Shown here piece after piece: positions 17,467 to 26,939 of a stretch of DNA of 41,547 bases (its first letter is position 1; every line of letters starts with the position of its first letter). Under the pieces are notes generated by a model, which was not told the DNA's origin, searched no databases, and saw only the letters and a program-made list of their open reading frames with translations. The DNA lies in IMG/VR virus record IMGVR_UViG_2529292882_000020, positions 1 through 41,547 of that record. One strand, given 5' to 3'. Made by a program: the position numbers and the translations under genes. The DNA is from a virus (taxonomy: Duplodnaviria; Heunggongvirae; Uroviricota; Caudoviricetes).

Positions 17467-19196
17467 GCCGGAAATCTTACCCCAACGTAAATGCTGCAAA
17501 TCAGTATGCCCGGGATGTCGTGCGCGGAAAGATTATTGCCTGCCAGTTTGTGATTCAGGCCTGCCAGCGCCATCTTGATGACCTGATGGCGGAAAAAAGT
17601 AAGTCGTTTCGTTACCGCTTCGACAAGGACCTGGCTGAACGGGCCGCCAAATTTATTCAGCTGTTGCCGCACACCAAGGGTGAGTGGGCATTTAAACGGA
17701 TGCCCATCACGCTGGAGCCGTGGCAGCTATTTGTGATCTGCTGTGCGTTTGGCTGGGTCAATAAAGGCACCCGGTTGCGCCGCTTCCGGGAGGTGTATAC
17801 CGAAATTCCCCGTAAGAACGGCAAATCGGCAATCTCTGCCGGTGTTGCCCTGTATTGTTTTGCCTGTGATAACGAGTTCGGCGCGGAAGTGTATTCCGGT
17901 GCCACGACGGAGAAACAGGCGTGGGAAGTCTTTCGTCCGGCACGACTGATGTGTAAACGCACACCCATGCTGACGGAAGCGTTCGGGATTGAGGTTAACG
18001 CCTCAAACATGAACCGTCCGGAGGATGGTGCGCGGTTTGAACCGCTGATCGGTAACCCCGGTGATGGTTCATCACCCCACTGTGCCGTGGTGGATGAATA
18101 TCACGAGCACGCCACAGATGCGCTTTACACCACGATGCTTACCGGGATGGGGGCGCGACGCCAGCCACTGATGTGGGCCATTACCACCGCCGGGTACAAC
18201 ATTGAGGGGCCGTGCTACGACAAACGGCGGGAAGTCATCGAGATGCTCAACGGCTCGGTGCCAAACGATGAACTGTTCGGGATCATCTATACCGTTGATG
18301 AAGGTGACGACTGGACCGACCCGCAGGTGCTGGAAAAAGCCAATCCAAATATTGGCGTGTCGGTTTATCGCGAATTTTTGTTAAGTCAGCAGCAGCGTGC
18401 GAAAAATAACGCCCGTCTGGCAAACGTCTTTAAAACAAAACACCTCAATATCTGGGTGTCGGCGCGTTCGGCGTATTTCAACCTGGTGAGCTGGCAGAGC
18501 TGCGAGGATAAATCACTGACCCTTGAGCAGTTCGAGGGGCAGCCGTGCATTCTGGCCTTTGACCTGGCGCGTAAGCTGGATATGAACAGCATGGCGCGAC
18601 TTTATACCCGCGAGATTGACGGTAAAACGCATTACTACAGTGTGGCCCCGCGTTTCTGGGTACCGTATGACACGGTGTACAGCGTCGAGAAAAATGAAGA
18701 TCGCCGGACAGCCGAACGCTTTCAGAAATGGGTGGAAATGGGCGTTCTGACCGTTACCGATGGTGCGGAGGTGGATTATCGCTACATCCTCGAAGAGGCC
18801 AAAGCGGCGAACAAAATCAGCCCGGTCAGTGAGTCACCCATCGACCCCTTCGGGGCGACCGGGCTGTCACATGACCTTGCTGATGAAGACCTGAACCCCG
18901 TCACCATCATTCAGAACTACACCAACATGTCCGATCCGATGAAAGAGCTGGAAGCGGCGATTGAATCGGGGCGCTTTCATCATGACGGCAATCCCATCAT
19001 GACCTGGTGTATCGGCAACGTGGTCGGCAAAACCATTCCGGGTAACGATGATGTGGTGAAGCCCGTCAAGGAGCAGGCGGAAAACAAAATCGATGGTGCA
19101 GTTGCGCTGATTATGGCGGTTGGCAGAACCATGCTGTACGAGAAAGAAGACACGCTGTCTGATCACATTGAGTCCTACGGGATCCGCTCGCTTTAA
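17463..19196 (+). CDS. terminase large subunit
   Basis: 577 aa; ATPase then nuclease region; position. Confidence 0.9.
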
Positions 19197-19207
19197 CTGA
19201 GGTAATT

Positions 19208-19390
19208 ATGATCATGCTGATTCTCGCGCCTCTGGTGGGCGTGCTGGGTGCGCTTTTGCTGGCGTATGGTGCCTGGCTGATTTATCCCCCGGCGGGTTTT
19301 GTTGTTGCCGGGGCGCTGTGCCTGTTCTGGTCGTGGCTGGTGGCGCGATATCTCGACCGTACACAGTCGTCTGTCGGCGGAGGTAAATAG
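19208..19390 (+). CDS. small hydrophobic protein (60 aa)
   Basis: two hydrophobic segments; tightly packed between terminase and portal. Confidence 0.4.
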
Positions 19391-20631
19391 TGTTCTTTTC
19401 GGGATTATTTCAACGAAAAAGTGACGCACCGGTGACCACGCCAGCAGAGCTGGCGGATGCCATCGGGCTGTCGTATGACACCTATACCGGAAAGCAGATC
19501 AGCAGTCAGCGGGCTATGCGACTGACGGCGGTTTTTTCCTGCGTCAGAGTGCTGGCAGAGTCGGTCGGGATGTTGCCCTGCAATCTGTATCACCTGAACG
19601 GCAGCCTGAAGCAGAGAGCCACCGGCGAACGTCTGCATAAACTGATCTCCACGCATCCCAATGGCTATATGACGCCGCAGGAGTTCTGGGAGCTGGTGGT
19701 CACCTGTCTGTGCCTGAGGGGAAACTTTTACGCCTACAAAGTGAAAGCATTTGGCGAAGTGGCTGAACTGCTGCCCGTCGATCCCGGCTGTGTGGTACCG
19801 AAGCTTAACAGTAGCTGGGAACCGGTCTATCAGGTCACATTCCCGGATGGCTCCACGGATGTACTGAGCCAAGAGGATATCTGGCATGTGCGTACGCTGA
19901 CGCTGGACGGACTGGTGGGGCTGAATCCCATCGCCTATGCCCGCGAGGCAATATCGCTGGCGGCAGCGACCGAAGAGCACGGGGCCAGACTGTTCAGCAA
20001 TGGCGCGGTGACGTCGGGTGTTTTGCGTACAGAGCAGACGCTGTCGGATCAGGCTTATGAGCGCCTGAAGAAAGATTTTGAGGAGCGTCACACCGGGCTT
20101 GGCAATGCTCACCGCCCGATGATCCTTGAGATGGGGCTGGACTGGAAGTCGATGGCGTTGAACGCAGAGGACAGCCAGTTCCTGGAAACCCGCAAGTTTC
20201 AGCTTGAAGAAATTTGTCGTCTGTTCCGTGTGCCATTGCACATGGTGCAGAACACCGATCGCGCCACCTTCAACAATATCGAAGAGCTGGGGCTCGGATT
20301 TATCAACTATTCACTGGTGCCGTATCTGACCCGCATTGAGCAGCGGATCAACACCGGACTGGTACGAAAAAGTAAGCAGGGCGTTTATTACGCCAAATTT
20401 AACGCCGGGGCGTTACTGCGCGGGGATATGAAGTCCCGTTTTGAAGCCTACGCCACCGGGATTAACTGGGGAATTTACTCTCCCAATGACTGCCGCGACC
20501 TGGAAGATATGAATCCGCGTCCCGGTGGGGATGTCTATCTCACACCGATGAACATGACCACGAAACCCTCCGATGGCAGTAAAGCCGGTAAGCAGAAGGA
20601 TAACGCCAATGCAGACGAAACAACGTCTTGA
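19390..20631 (+). CDS. portal protein (HK97 family)
   Basis: 413 aa; GTG start after GGAGG; position after terminase. Confidence 0.85.
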   Translation: MFFSGLFQRKSDAPVTTPAELADAIGLSYDTYTGKQISSQRAMRLTAVFSCVRVLAESVGMLPCNLYHLNGSLKQRATGERLHKLISTHPNGYMTPQEFWELVVTCLCLRGNFYAYKVKAFGEVAELLPVDPGCVVPKLNSSWEPVYQVTFPDGSTDVLSQEDIWHVRTLTLDGLVGLNPIAYAREAISLAAATEEHGARLFSNGAVTSGVLRTEQTLSDQAYERLKKDFEERHTGLGNAHRPMILEMGLDWKSMALNAEDSQFLETRKFQLEEICRLFRVPLHMVQNTDRATFNNIEELGLGFINYSLVPYLTRIEQRINTGLVRKSKQGVYYAKFNAGALLRGDMKSRFEAYATGINWGIYSPNDCRDLEDMNPRPGGDVYLTPMNMTTKPSDGSKAGKQKDNANADETTS

Positions 20632-21259
20632 TGTACCGCTGAGTCTGAAATCTGTCAGTGACTCCGGTGAGTTTGAAGGGTATGGCTCCGTCTTTGGTGT
20701 AAAGGACAGCCACGATGATGTGGTGATGTCCGGGGCATTTGCTGCTTCCCTGCGGGCGTGGAGTGACAGAAAAGCGTTACCTGCGCTGCTCTGGCAGCAC
20801 CGCATGGATGAACCCATCGGTGTTTACACCGAAATGAAGGAAGACGATGTCGGGCTTTACGTCAGGGGGCGGTTGCTCATTGATGATGATCCCCTCGCAA
20901 AACGCGCACATGCACACATGAAGGCCGGTTCGTTAACCGGCCTTTCTATTGGGTACGTCCTGAAAGACTGGGAATACGACCGGAGCAAAGAAGCCTTTCT
21001 GTTGAAAGAAATCGACCTCTGGGAAGTCAGTCTGGTGACGTTTCCGTCTAACGACGAGGCGCGGATCAGCGACGTCAAGAACGCGCTGGCCCGCGGGGAA
21101 ATCCCCGAACAGAAAAAAATCGAAAGAGTCCTGCGTGATGTCGGACTCTCCCGTACCCAGGCCAAAGCATTCATGGCCGGGGGCTATGGCGCACTGTCCC
21201 TGCGCGACGCTGAGGATGTGGGCTCTGCACTGAATGCACTGAAAAATCTGAACTTCTAA
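20609..21259 (+). CDS. prohead maturation protease (HK97 family)
   Basis: ATG 20609; GYGSVFGVKDSHDDVV...SIGY serine-protease pattern. Confidence 0.8.
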   Translation: MQTKQRLDVPLSLKSVSDSGEFEGYGSVFGVKDSHDDVVMSGAFAASLRAWSDRKALPALLWQHRMDEPIGVYTEMKEDDVGLYVRGRLLIDDDPLAKRAHAHMKAGSLTGLSIGYVLKDWEYDRSKEAFLLKEIDLWEVSLVTFPSNDEARISDVKNALARGEIPEQKKIERVLRDVGLSRTQAKAFMAGGYGALSLRDAEDVGSALNALKNLNF

Positions 21260-21273
21260 TCAGGAGAAATACG

Positions 21274-22479
21274 ATGGCGGTTGATATTAAAGATGTCGAA
21301 CAGGTCGCGCAGGAGCTGCAGCAGAAGTTTGACGACTTCAAAGCAAAGAACGACAAGCGCGTGGATGCGATTGAGCAGGAAAAAGGCAAGCTTGCCGGGC
21401 AGGTGGAAACCCTGAACGGGAAACTCAGCGAGCTGGAAAATCTCAAAAGCGACCTTGAAAAAGAGCTGCTTGAGCTGAAACGTCCGGCAGGTGGAGCGCA
21501 AAATAAACTGGCCACCGAGCATAAAGAGGCGTTTGTGGGCTTTCTACGTAAAGGCCGTGAAGACGGTCTGCGCGATCTGGAGCGTAAGGCATTGCAGGTG
21601 GGTACCGATGAAGACGGTGGCTACGCCGTGCCGGAAGAACTGGATCGCAACATTCTTAACCTGCTGAAAGATGAAGTGGTGATGCGTCAGGAAGCCACGG
21701 TGATCACCGTTGGCGGTTCCGACTACAAAAAACTGGTGAATCTGGGCGGTACGGCTTCCGGATGGGTGGGGGAAACGGATACGCGATCCCAGACTGCCAC
21801 CTCCAGACTGGAGCTGATTGAACCTCTCATGGGGGAAATCTACGGCAACCCGCAGGCTACTCAGAAAATGCTGGACGATGCCTTCTTCAACGTGGAGGCC
21901 TGGATTAACAGCGAGCTGGCAACCGAATTTGCCGAACAGGAAGAAATTGCCTTTACCTCAGGCGATGGCACCAAGAAGCCGAAAGGGTTCCTGGCGTATG
22001 AATCCACTGATGAAACCGACAAGGTCCGGGCGTTCGGCAAACTTCAGCATATTGTATCCGGCGAAGCGACCGCGGTGACCGCAGACGCCATTATCAAACT
22101 GATTTACACGCTGCGTAAGGCACACCGCACTGGCGCGAAGTTCATGATGAACAACAACAGCCTGTTTGCCATCCGTCTGCTGAAAGACACCGAGGGTAAC
22201 TATCTGTGGCGTCCGGGGCTGGAACTGGGGCAGCCGTCCTCTCTGGCGGGTTACGGTATCGCTGAAAACGAACAGATGCCGGATATCGCCGCTGATGCGA
22301 AAGCCATTGCATTTGGTAACTTCAAACGGGGTTACACCATCGTTGACCGTATCGGCACCCGCATTCTGCGTGACCCGTACACCAATAAACCGTTTGTCGG
22401 TTTTTATACCACCAAGCGCACCGGCGGGATGCTGGTCGATTCGCAGGCCATCAAACTGCTGAAGATTGCAGCGGCGTAA
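21274..22479 (+). CDS. major capsid protein (HK97 fold)
   Basis: 401 aa; N-terminal coiled-coil delta domain then capsid core. Confidence 0.85.
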   Translation: MAVDIKDVEQVAQELQQKFDDFKAKNDKRVDAIEQEKGKLAGQVETLNGKLSELENLKSDLEKELLELKRPAGGAQNKLATEHKEAFVGFLRKGREDGLRDLERKALQVGTDEDGGYAVPEELDRNILNLLKDEVVMRQEATVITVGGSDYKKLVNLGGTASGWVGETDTRSQTATSRLELIEPLMGEIYGNPQATQKMLDDAFFNVEAWINSELATEFAEQEEIAFTSGDGTKKPKGFLAYESTDETDKVRAFGKLQHIVSGEATAVTADAIIKLIYTLRKAHRTGAKFMMNNNSLFAIRLLKDTEGNYLWRPGLELGQPSSLAGYGIAENEQMPDIAADAKAIAFGNFKRGYTIVDRIGTRILRDPYTNKPFVGFYTTKRTGGMLVDSQAIKLLKIAAA

Positions 22480-22486
22480 TCACTCA

Positions 22487-22506
22487 GGGGCGCGGAACCG
22501 CGCCCC
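22487..22506 (+). other. GC-clamp hairpin (GGGGCGCGG aa CCGCGCCCC) after the capsid gene
   Basis: perfect 9-bp stem, 2-nt loop, no T-run. Confidence 0.5.
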
Positions 22507-22528
22507 CTGTTCTGACGGGTGAAGAATC

Positions 22529-22729
22529 ATGATCCTGAAACAAGATCTGAAATGGTCACCGGACGGTATGCGTGTTGAGGTCATTCGGGCCGGTGAGTAT
22601 GACGACGGGGCGCTTCCTGCCCGGGTGCAGGAGATTGCACTTCAGGCCGGGTTAGCAGAGCGCGGAATCAGTGCAAAAAGCAGTAAAGCGGCAAAAGAGA
22701 AAAAAGCCACGACCAGTAAAGAGGGCTGA
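22529..22729 (+). CDS. small hypothetical head-module protein (66 aa)
   Basis: ORF between capsid and connector, Lys-rich tail. Confidence 0.35.
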   Translation: MILKQDLKWSPDGMRVEVIRAGEYDDGALPARVQEIALQAGLAERGISAKSSKAAKEKKATTSKEG

Positions 22730-22731
22730 GT

Positions 22732-23055
22732 ATGCTTCTGACAATGGAAGAGATTAAAGCCCAACTCCGGCTGGATGAGGATTTCGATACTGATGACCGC
22801 CATCTGCAACTGCTGGCCTGTGCGGCACAAAAGCGGACGGAAACGTATCTGAACCGGAAGCTCTATGCACCGGATGAAACCATTCCGGACAGCGATCCGG
22901 ACGGGCTGCACCTGCCGGATGATATTCGTCTGGGGATGCTGATGCTTATCAGCCATTTTTACGAAAACCGCTCGTCGGTTACTGAAGTGGAGAAACTCGA
23001 CATGCCGCAGAGTTTTGGCTGGCTTGTCGGCCCGTACAGGTACTTTCCGCAATGA
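22732..23055 (+). CDS. head-tail connector (gp6-like adaptor)
   Basis: 107 aa; position and size. Confidence 0.55.
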   Translation: MLLTMEEIKAQLRLDEDFDTDDRHLQLLACAAQKRTETYLNRKLYAPDETIPDSDPDGLHLPDDIRLGMLMLISHFYENRSSVTEVEKLDMPQSFGWLVGPYRYFPQ

Positions 23056-23462
23056 AAATTCGTCAGGCGCAGACCAGCGCAACCTACATTCTGCCGGACC
23101 CCGGTGAACTGAATAAACGCGTCCTGATCCGCCAGCGGGTGGATATGCCCGCGGATAACTTTGGCGTGGAGCCTCAATACCCGGTTACGTTCCGGACATG
23201 GGCGAAGGTTATCCAGACCAGTGCCACCACCTGGCAGGAAACCGCGCAGACCGGGGACGCCATCACCCATTACATCACCATTCGTTACCGCCGGGGGATC
23301 ACTGCTGATTATGAGGTGGTCTGTGATGACAGTGTGTACCGGGTGAAACGTCAGCGTGATCTGAACGGGGCGCGGCGCTTTCTGCTGCTGGAGTGTACGG
23401 AGCTGGGCGAATGTAGGCAGAGTCACGGAGGCAGCAATGGCGACTCCCTTTTTTCACGTTGA
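23052..23462 (+). CDS. head closure / head-tail joining protein
   Basis: 136 aa; overlapping stop/start with neighbours. Confidence 0.5.
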   Translation: MKIRQAQTSATYILPDPGELNKRVLIRQRVDMPADNFGVEPQYPVTFRTWAKVIQTSATTWQETAQTGDAITHYITIRYRRGITADYEVVCDDSVYRVKRQRDLNGARRFLLLECTELGECRQSHGGSNGDSLFSR

Positions 23463-23943
23463 TGTTCAGCAGCCCGCCGAGATGCGCTTTAACCGCGCCC
23501 GTGTCCGGCGGGCGTTTGTCACGATTGGGCAGCGTCATATGCGTGATGCCCGTCGGCTGGTGATGCGCCGTGCGCGGTCGGTACCAGGTGAAAACCCCGG
23601 TTATCAGACCGGACGCCTGGCTCGTTCGATTGGTTATATGGTGCCGAGAGCCAGTAAAAAGCGAGCCGGTTTTATGACACGCATTGCCCCTAACCAGCGC
23701 AACGGGAAGGGGAACCGGATGATCTCTGGTGACTTCTATCCAGCATTTCTGTTTTTTGGTGTCCGGGGAGGAGCAAAACGTCGTCGTAGTCATCATCGTG
23801 GTGCATCCGGTGGCAGCGGCTGGCGACTGGCTCCACGTAATAACTTCATGGTGGAAACTCTTGAAAAGAACCGCAGCTGGACACGCTATTTTCTGGCGCG
23901 GGAATTGCGTAAATCACTGAAGCCGGAGCGACGACACAGATGA
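23437..23943 (+). CDS. HK97 gp10-like neck protein
   Basis: 168 aa; position. Confidence 0.45.
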   Translation: MATPFFHVDVQQPAEMRFNRARVRRAFVTIGQRHMRDARRLVMRRARSVPGENPGYQTGRLARSIGYMVPRASKKRAGFMTRIAPNQRNGKGNRMISGDFYPAFLFFGVRGGAKRRRSHHRGASGGSGWRLAPRNNFMVETLEKNRSWTRYFLARELRKSLKPERRHR

Positions 23944-24500
23944 AACTGACGCCTGTTATTGCTGCACTGCGTGCCCGCTGTCCGTATTTTGAAAACCGGG
24001 TTGCAGGCGCGGCCCAGTTCAAAAATCTGCCGGAGGTCGGAAAGCTGAAACTCCCGGCGGCATATGTTGTACCGGGTGATGATTCTCCGGGAGAAAACAA
24101 AAGCCAGACCGACTACTGGCAGGAGCTGAAAGAGGGTTTCTCCGTGGTTGTCATACTGAGTAACGGGCGTGATGAGCGCGGTCAGTTTGCCTCGTATGAT
24201 GTGGTGGACGATGTCCGGCAGATGCTCTTTAAGGCTCTGCTGGGCTGGAACCCGGAGGCGTGCGGTAACCCGATTACCTATGACGGCGGCACGCTGCTGG
24301 ATCTGAATCGTCATGAGCTGATTTATCAGTTCGATTTTTCGGTCATCAGCGAGCTGACTGAAGACGATACCCGCCAGCAGGATGACCTGAACAGTCTGGA
24401 TGAACTGCGAACGCTGGCGATTGATGTTGATTATCTCGATCCCGGTAACGGGCCTGACGGCGATATCGAACATCACACCGAAATAACCCTTCCTTCCTGA
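23940..24500 (+). CDS. putative tail completion / terminator protein
   Basis: 186 aa; immediately upstream of sheath. Confidence 0.4.
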   Translation: MKLTPVIAALRARCPYFENRVAGAAQFKNLPEVGKLKLPAAYVVPGDDSPGENKSQTDYWQELKEGFSVVVILSNGRDERGQFASYDVVDDVRQMLFKALLGWNPEACGNPITYDGGTLLDLNRHELIYQFDFSVISELTEDDTRQQDDLNSLDELRTLAIDVDYLDPGNGPDGDIEHHTEITLPS

Positions 24501-24508
24501 GAATCTTC

Positions 24509-24679
24509 ATGTTTGTGAAACCTGTTAAAGGGCGGTCAGTTCCTGACCCTGCCCGCGGCGACCTTTTGCCCGCCGAAGGGCGAAATGTTGACGAGAACAA
24601 CTACTGGCTGCGCCGTGAAGCAGCGGGTGATATCCGGCGCGTGAATAAAAAGGTGAATACCGATGACGATAAGCTTTAA
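24509..24679 (+). CDS. small ORF (56 aa) overlapping the sheath start; not in the supplied track
   Basis: ATG 24509, protein-like sequence (MFVKPVKGRSVPDPARGDLLPAEGRNVDENNYWLRREAAGDIRRVNKKVNTDDDKL). Confidence 0.3.
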   Translation: MFVKPVKGRSVPDPARGDLLPAEGRNVDENNYWLRREAAGDIRRVNKKVNTDDDKL

Positions 24680-26159
24680 CACCATTCCGTCGAATACGCT
24701 GGTTCCGTTGTTTTATGCGGAAATGGATAACTCGGCGGCGAATACTGCACAGGACAGCGGAGCATCGCTGCTGATTGGTCATGCCAATAACGGTGCAGAG
24801 ATTGTTGCCAACAGTCTGGTACTGATGCCGTCGGCAGACTATGCACGCCAGATTTGTGGTGCGGGAAGTCAGCTGGCGCGTATGGTCGAGGCTTATCGCC
24901 AGACCGACCCGTTTGGTGAGCTGTATGTGATTGCCGTTCCTGAATCCACAGGCGCGGCGGCAACGGTTACGCTGACGGTGACCGGGGCGGCAACCGAAAC
25001 CGGCACGGTGAATGTCTATGTGGGACGTACCCGCGTGCAGGCTCCGGTGACCAACGGCGATAACGTCACGACGATTGCCAGCAGTATCAAAGATGCCATC
25101 AATGCCGTTCCGGCCCTGCCGTTTACGGCTTCATCATCGGCAGGCGTGGTCACACTGACCGCGCGTCATAAGGGGCTTTGCGGGAATGAAATTCCTGTCA
25201 GCCTCAATTACTACGGCTTTGGTGGGGGCGAAGTGCTGCCAGCGGGCGTACAGATTGCCGTGGCGACGGGTACCGCCGGAACGGGTGCTCCGGTTCTCAC
25301 CGGCGCGGTGGCTGCAATGGCGGATGAGCCGTTTGATTATATCGGCCTGCCGTTCAACGACACGGCCTCCGTTAACACGCTGGTGACCGAGATGAACGAT
25401 ACCAGCGGTCGCTGGAGCTATGCGCGTCAGCTGTATGGTCATGTGTATACGGCAAAGATCGGCACGCTGTCAGAACTGGTGACCGCAGGTGACCAGTTTA
25501 ACCAGCAGCATATTACCCTGGCGGGATACGAAAAAGAGACCCAGACGCCTGCCGACGAGCTGGCGGCAAGCCGTACCGCCCGCGCAGCGGTGTTTATTCG
25601 CAACGATCCGGCACGTCCCACACAGACCGGTGAGCTGGTGGGTATGCTGCCTGCGCCGAAGGGGAAACGGTTCACGATGACCGAACAACAGACCCTGCTG
25701 TCTCATGGCGTGGCAACGGCGTATGTCGAAAGCGGGGTGCTGCGCATTCAGCGTGATGTCACCACGTACAGGAAAAACGCTTACGGTGTTGCGGATAACA
25801 GCTACCTCGACAGCGAGACGCTGCATACCAGCGCGTATGTGCTGCGCAAACTGAAATCCGTCATTACCAGTAAGTACGGGCGTCACAAGCTTGCCAGCGA
25901 CGGTACCCGCTTTGGTCCCGGTCAGGCGATTGTCACACCGGCGGTGATCAAAGGGGAACTGCTGGCAACCTACCGTCAGCTTGAGCGTGCGGGGATCGTG
26001 GAAAACTACGAACTGTTTAAGCAGTACCTGGTTGTGGAGCGTGATGCCAGCGATCCGAACCGCCTGAACACGCTGTTCCCGCCTGACTATGTTAACCAGT
26101 TGCGTGTCTTTGCCGTGGTTAACCAGTTCCGTCTTCAGTATTCAGAGGAGTCTGCATAA
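24663..26159 (+). CDS. contractile tail sheath protein (Mu L-like)
   Basis: 498 aa; followed directly by tube gene. Confidence 0.85.
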   Translation: MTISFNTIPSNTLVPLFYAEMDNSAANTAQDSGASLLIGHANNGAEIVANSLVLMPSADYARQICGAGSQLARMVEAYRQTDPFGELYVIAVPESTGAAATVTLTVTGAATETGTVNVYVGRTRVQAPVTNGDNVTTIASSIKDAINAVPALPFTASSSAGVVTLTARHKGLCGNEIPVSLNYYGFGGGEVLPAGVQIAVATGTAGTGAPVLTGAVAAMADEPFDYIGLPFNDTASVNTLVTEMNDTSGRWSYARQLYGHVYTAKIGTLSELVTAGDQFNQQHITLAGYEKETQTPADELAASRTARAAVFIRNDPARPTQTGELVGMLPAPKGKRFTMTEQQTLLSHGVATAYVESGVLRIQRDVTTYRKNAYGVADNSYLDSETLHTSAYVLRKLKSVITSKYGRHKLASDGTRFGPGQAIVTPAVIKGELLATYRQLERAGIVENYELFKQYLVVERDASDPNRLNTLFPPDYVNQLRVFAVVNQFRLQYSEESA

Positions 26160-26515
26160 TGGCCCGTATCGGGGGAACCTGTTATTTCAAAATTGACGGT
26201 CAACAGCTATCGCTGACCGGCGGCATTGAGGTGCCCATGAACAGGACGGTCAATGATGACATCATCGGCCTGGACGGTTCAGTGGACCGCAAGGAAACTC
26301 ACCGTGCGCCTTATGTCAAAGGGACTTTCAAGGTGCCGAAGAATTTTCCGGTGAACAAAATCACCTCGTCTGATGAGATGACCATCACTGCTGAGCTGGC
26401 GAACGGTCAGGTCTATGTATTGTCGTCAGCCTGGCTGCACGGCGAAGCGAACCATAATGCCGAAGAAGGCACGGTTGATCTTGAGTTCCACGGTGAAGAA
26501 GGGGATTACCAGTAA
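26159..26515 (+). CDS. tail tube protein (Mu M-like)
   Basis: 118 aa; ATGA overlap with sheath stop. Confidence 0.8.
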   Translation: MARIGGTCYFKIDGQQLSLTGGIEVPMNRTVNDDIIGLDGSVDRKETHRAPYVKGTFKVPKNFPVNKITSSDEMTITAELANGQVYVLSSAWLHGEANHNAEEGTVDLEFHGEEGDYQ

Positions 26516-26784
26516 TGAAAGAGCTTGAGTTAAAGAAACCGATTACCGCTCATGGCGAGACACTCTCCGTACTGGAGTTTGATGAGCCCACCGGGAAAGA
26601 TGTCCGCGAGCTGGGGTATCCCTACCAGATGAATCAGGATGAGTCCGTCAGACTTCTGGCGCATGTTGTATCGAAATACATTGTGCGGCTGGCGAAAGTG
26701 CCGCAAAGCTCTGTCGACCAGATGTCTCCGGCAGACCTGAATGCAGCGGCGTGGCTTGTGGCTGGTTTTTTCCTCCAGGCCTGA
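26515..26784 (+). CDS. tail assembly chaperone (short form)
   Basis: 89 aa between tube and tape measure. Confidence 0.7.
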   Translation: MKELELKKPITAHGETLSVLEFDEPTGKDVRELGYPYQMNQDESVRLLAHVVSKYIVRLAKVPQSSVDQMSPADLNAAAWLVAGFFLQA

Positions 26785-26939
26785 CGGCTGAATACCTCAC
26801 TGATCGCTTCTTTGACTGCGCCAGCTACTGGCGCATTAATCCCTTCGAATTGCTGAATATGCCGATCAGTGAAATTCCCTTGCTGGTCAGTCAGGCAAAC
26901 AGGATAGAGCAGGAGAAACGCGCACATGGCGGAATTTGA
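26515..26939 (+). CDS. tail assembly chaperone, -1 frameshift fusion form (slip at TTTTTTC 26766-26772)
   Basis: slippery heptamer T_TTT_TTC in zero frame; -1 frame stays open to 26939 and overlaps tape-measure start. Confidence 0.6.

Noticed and set aside
19405-20241. Long antisense ORFs inside structural genes (e.g. 19405-20241, 9766-10566, 23886-24476, 29502-29999 on minus strand)
   Set aside because: Shadow ORFs fully contained in well-supported genes on the opposite strand, with atypical amino-acid composition.
26751-26939. Independent 62-aa gene
   Set aside because: No own RBS or start in context; it is the -1 frame extension of the tail chaperone reached via the TTTTTTC slippery site.
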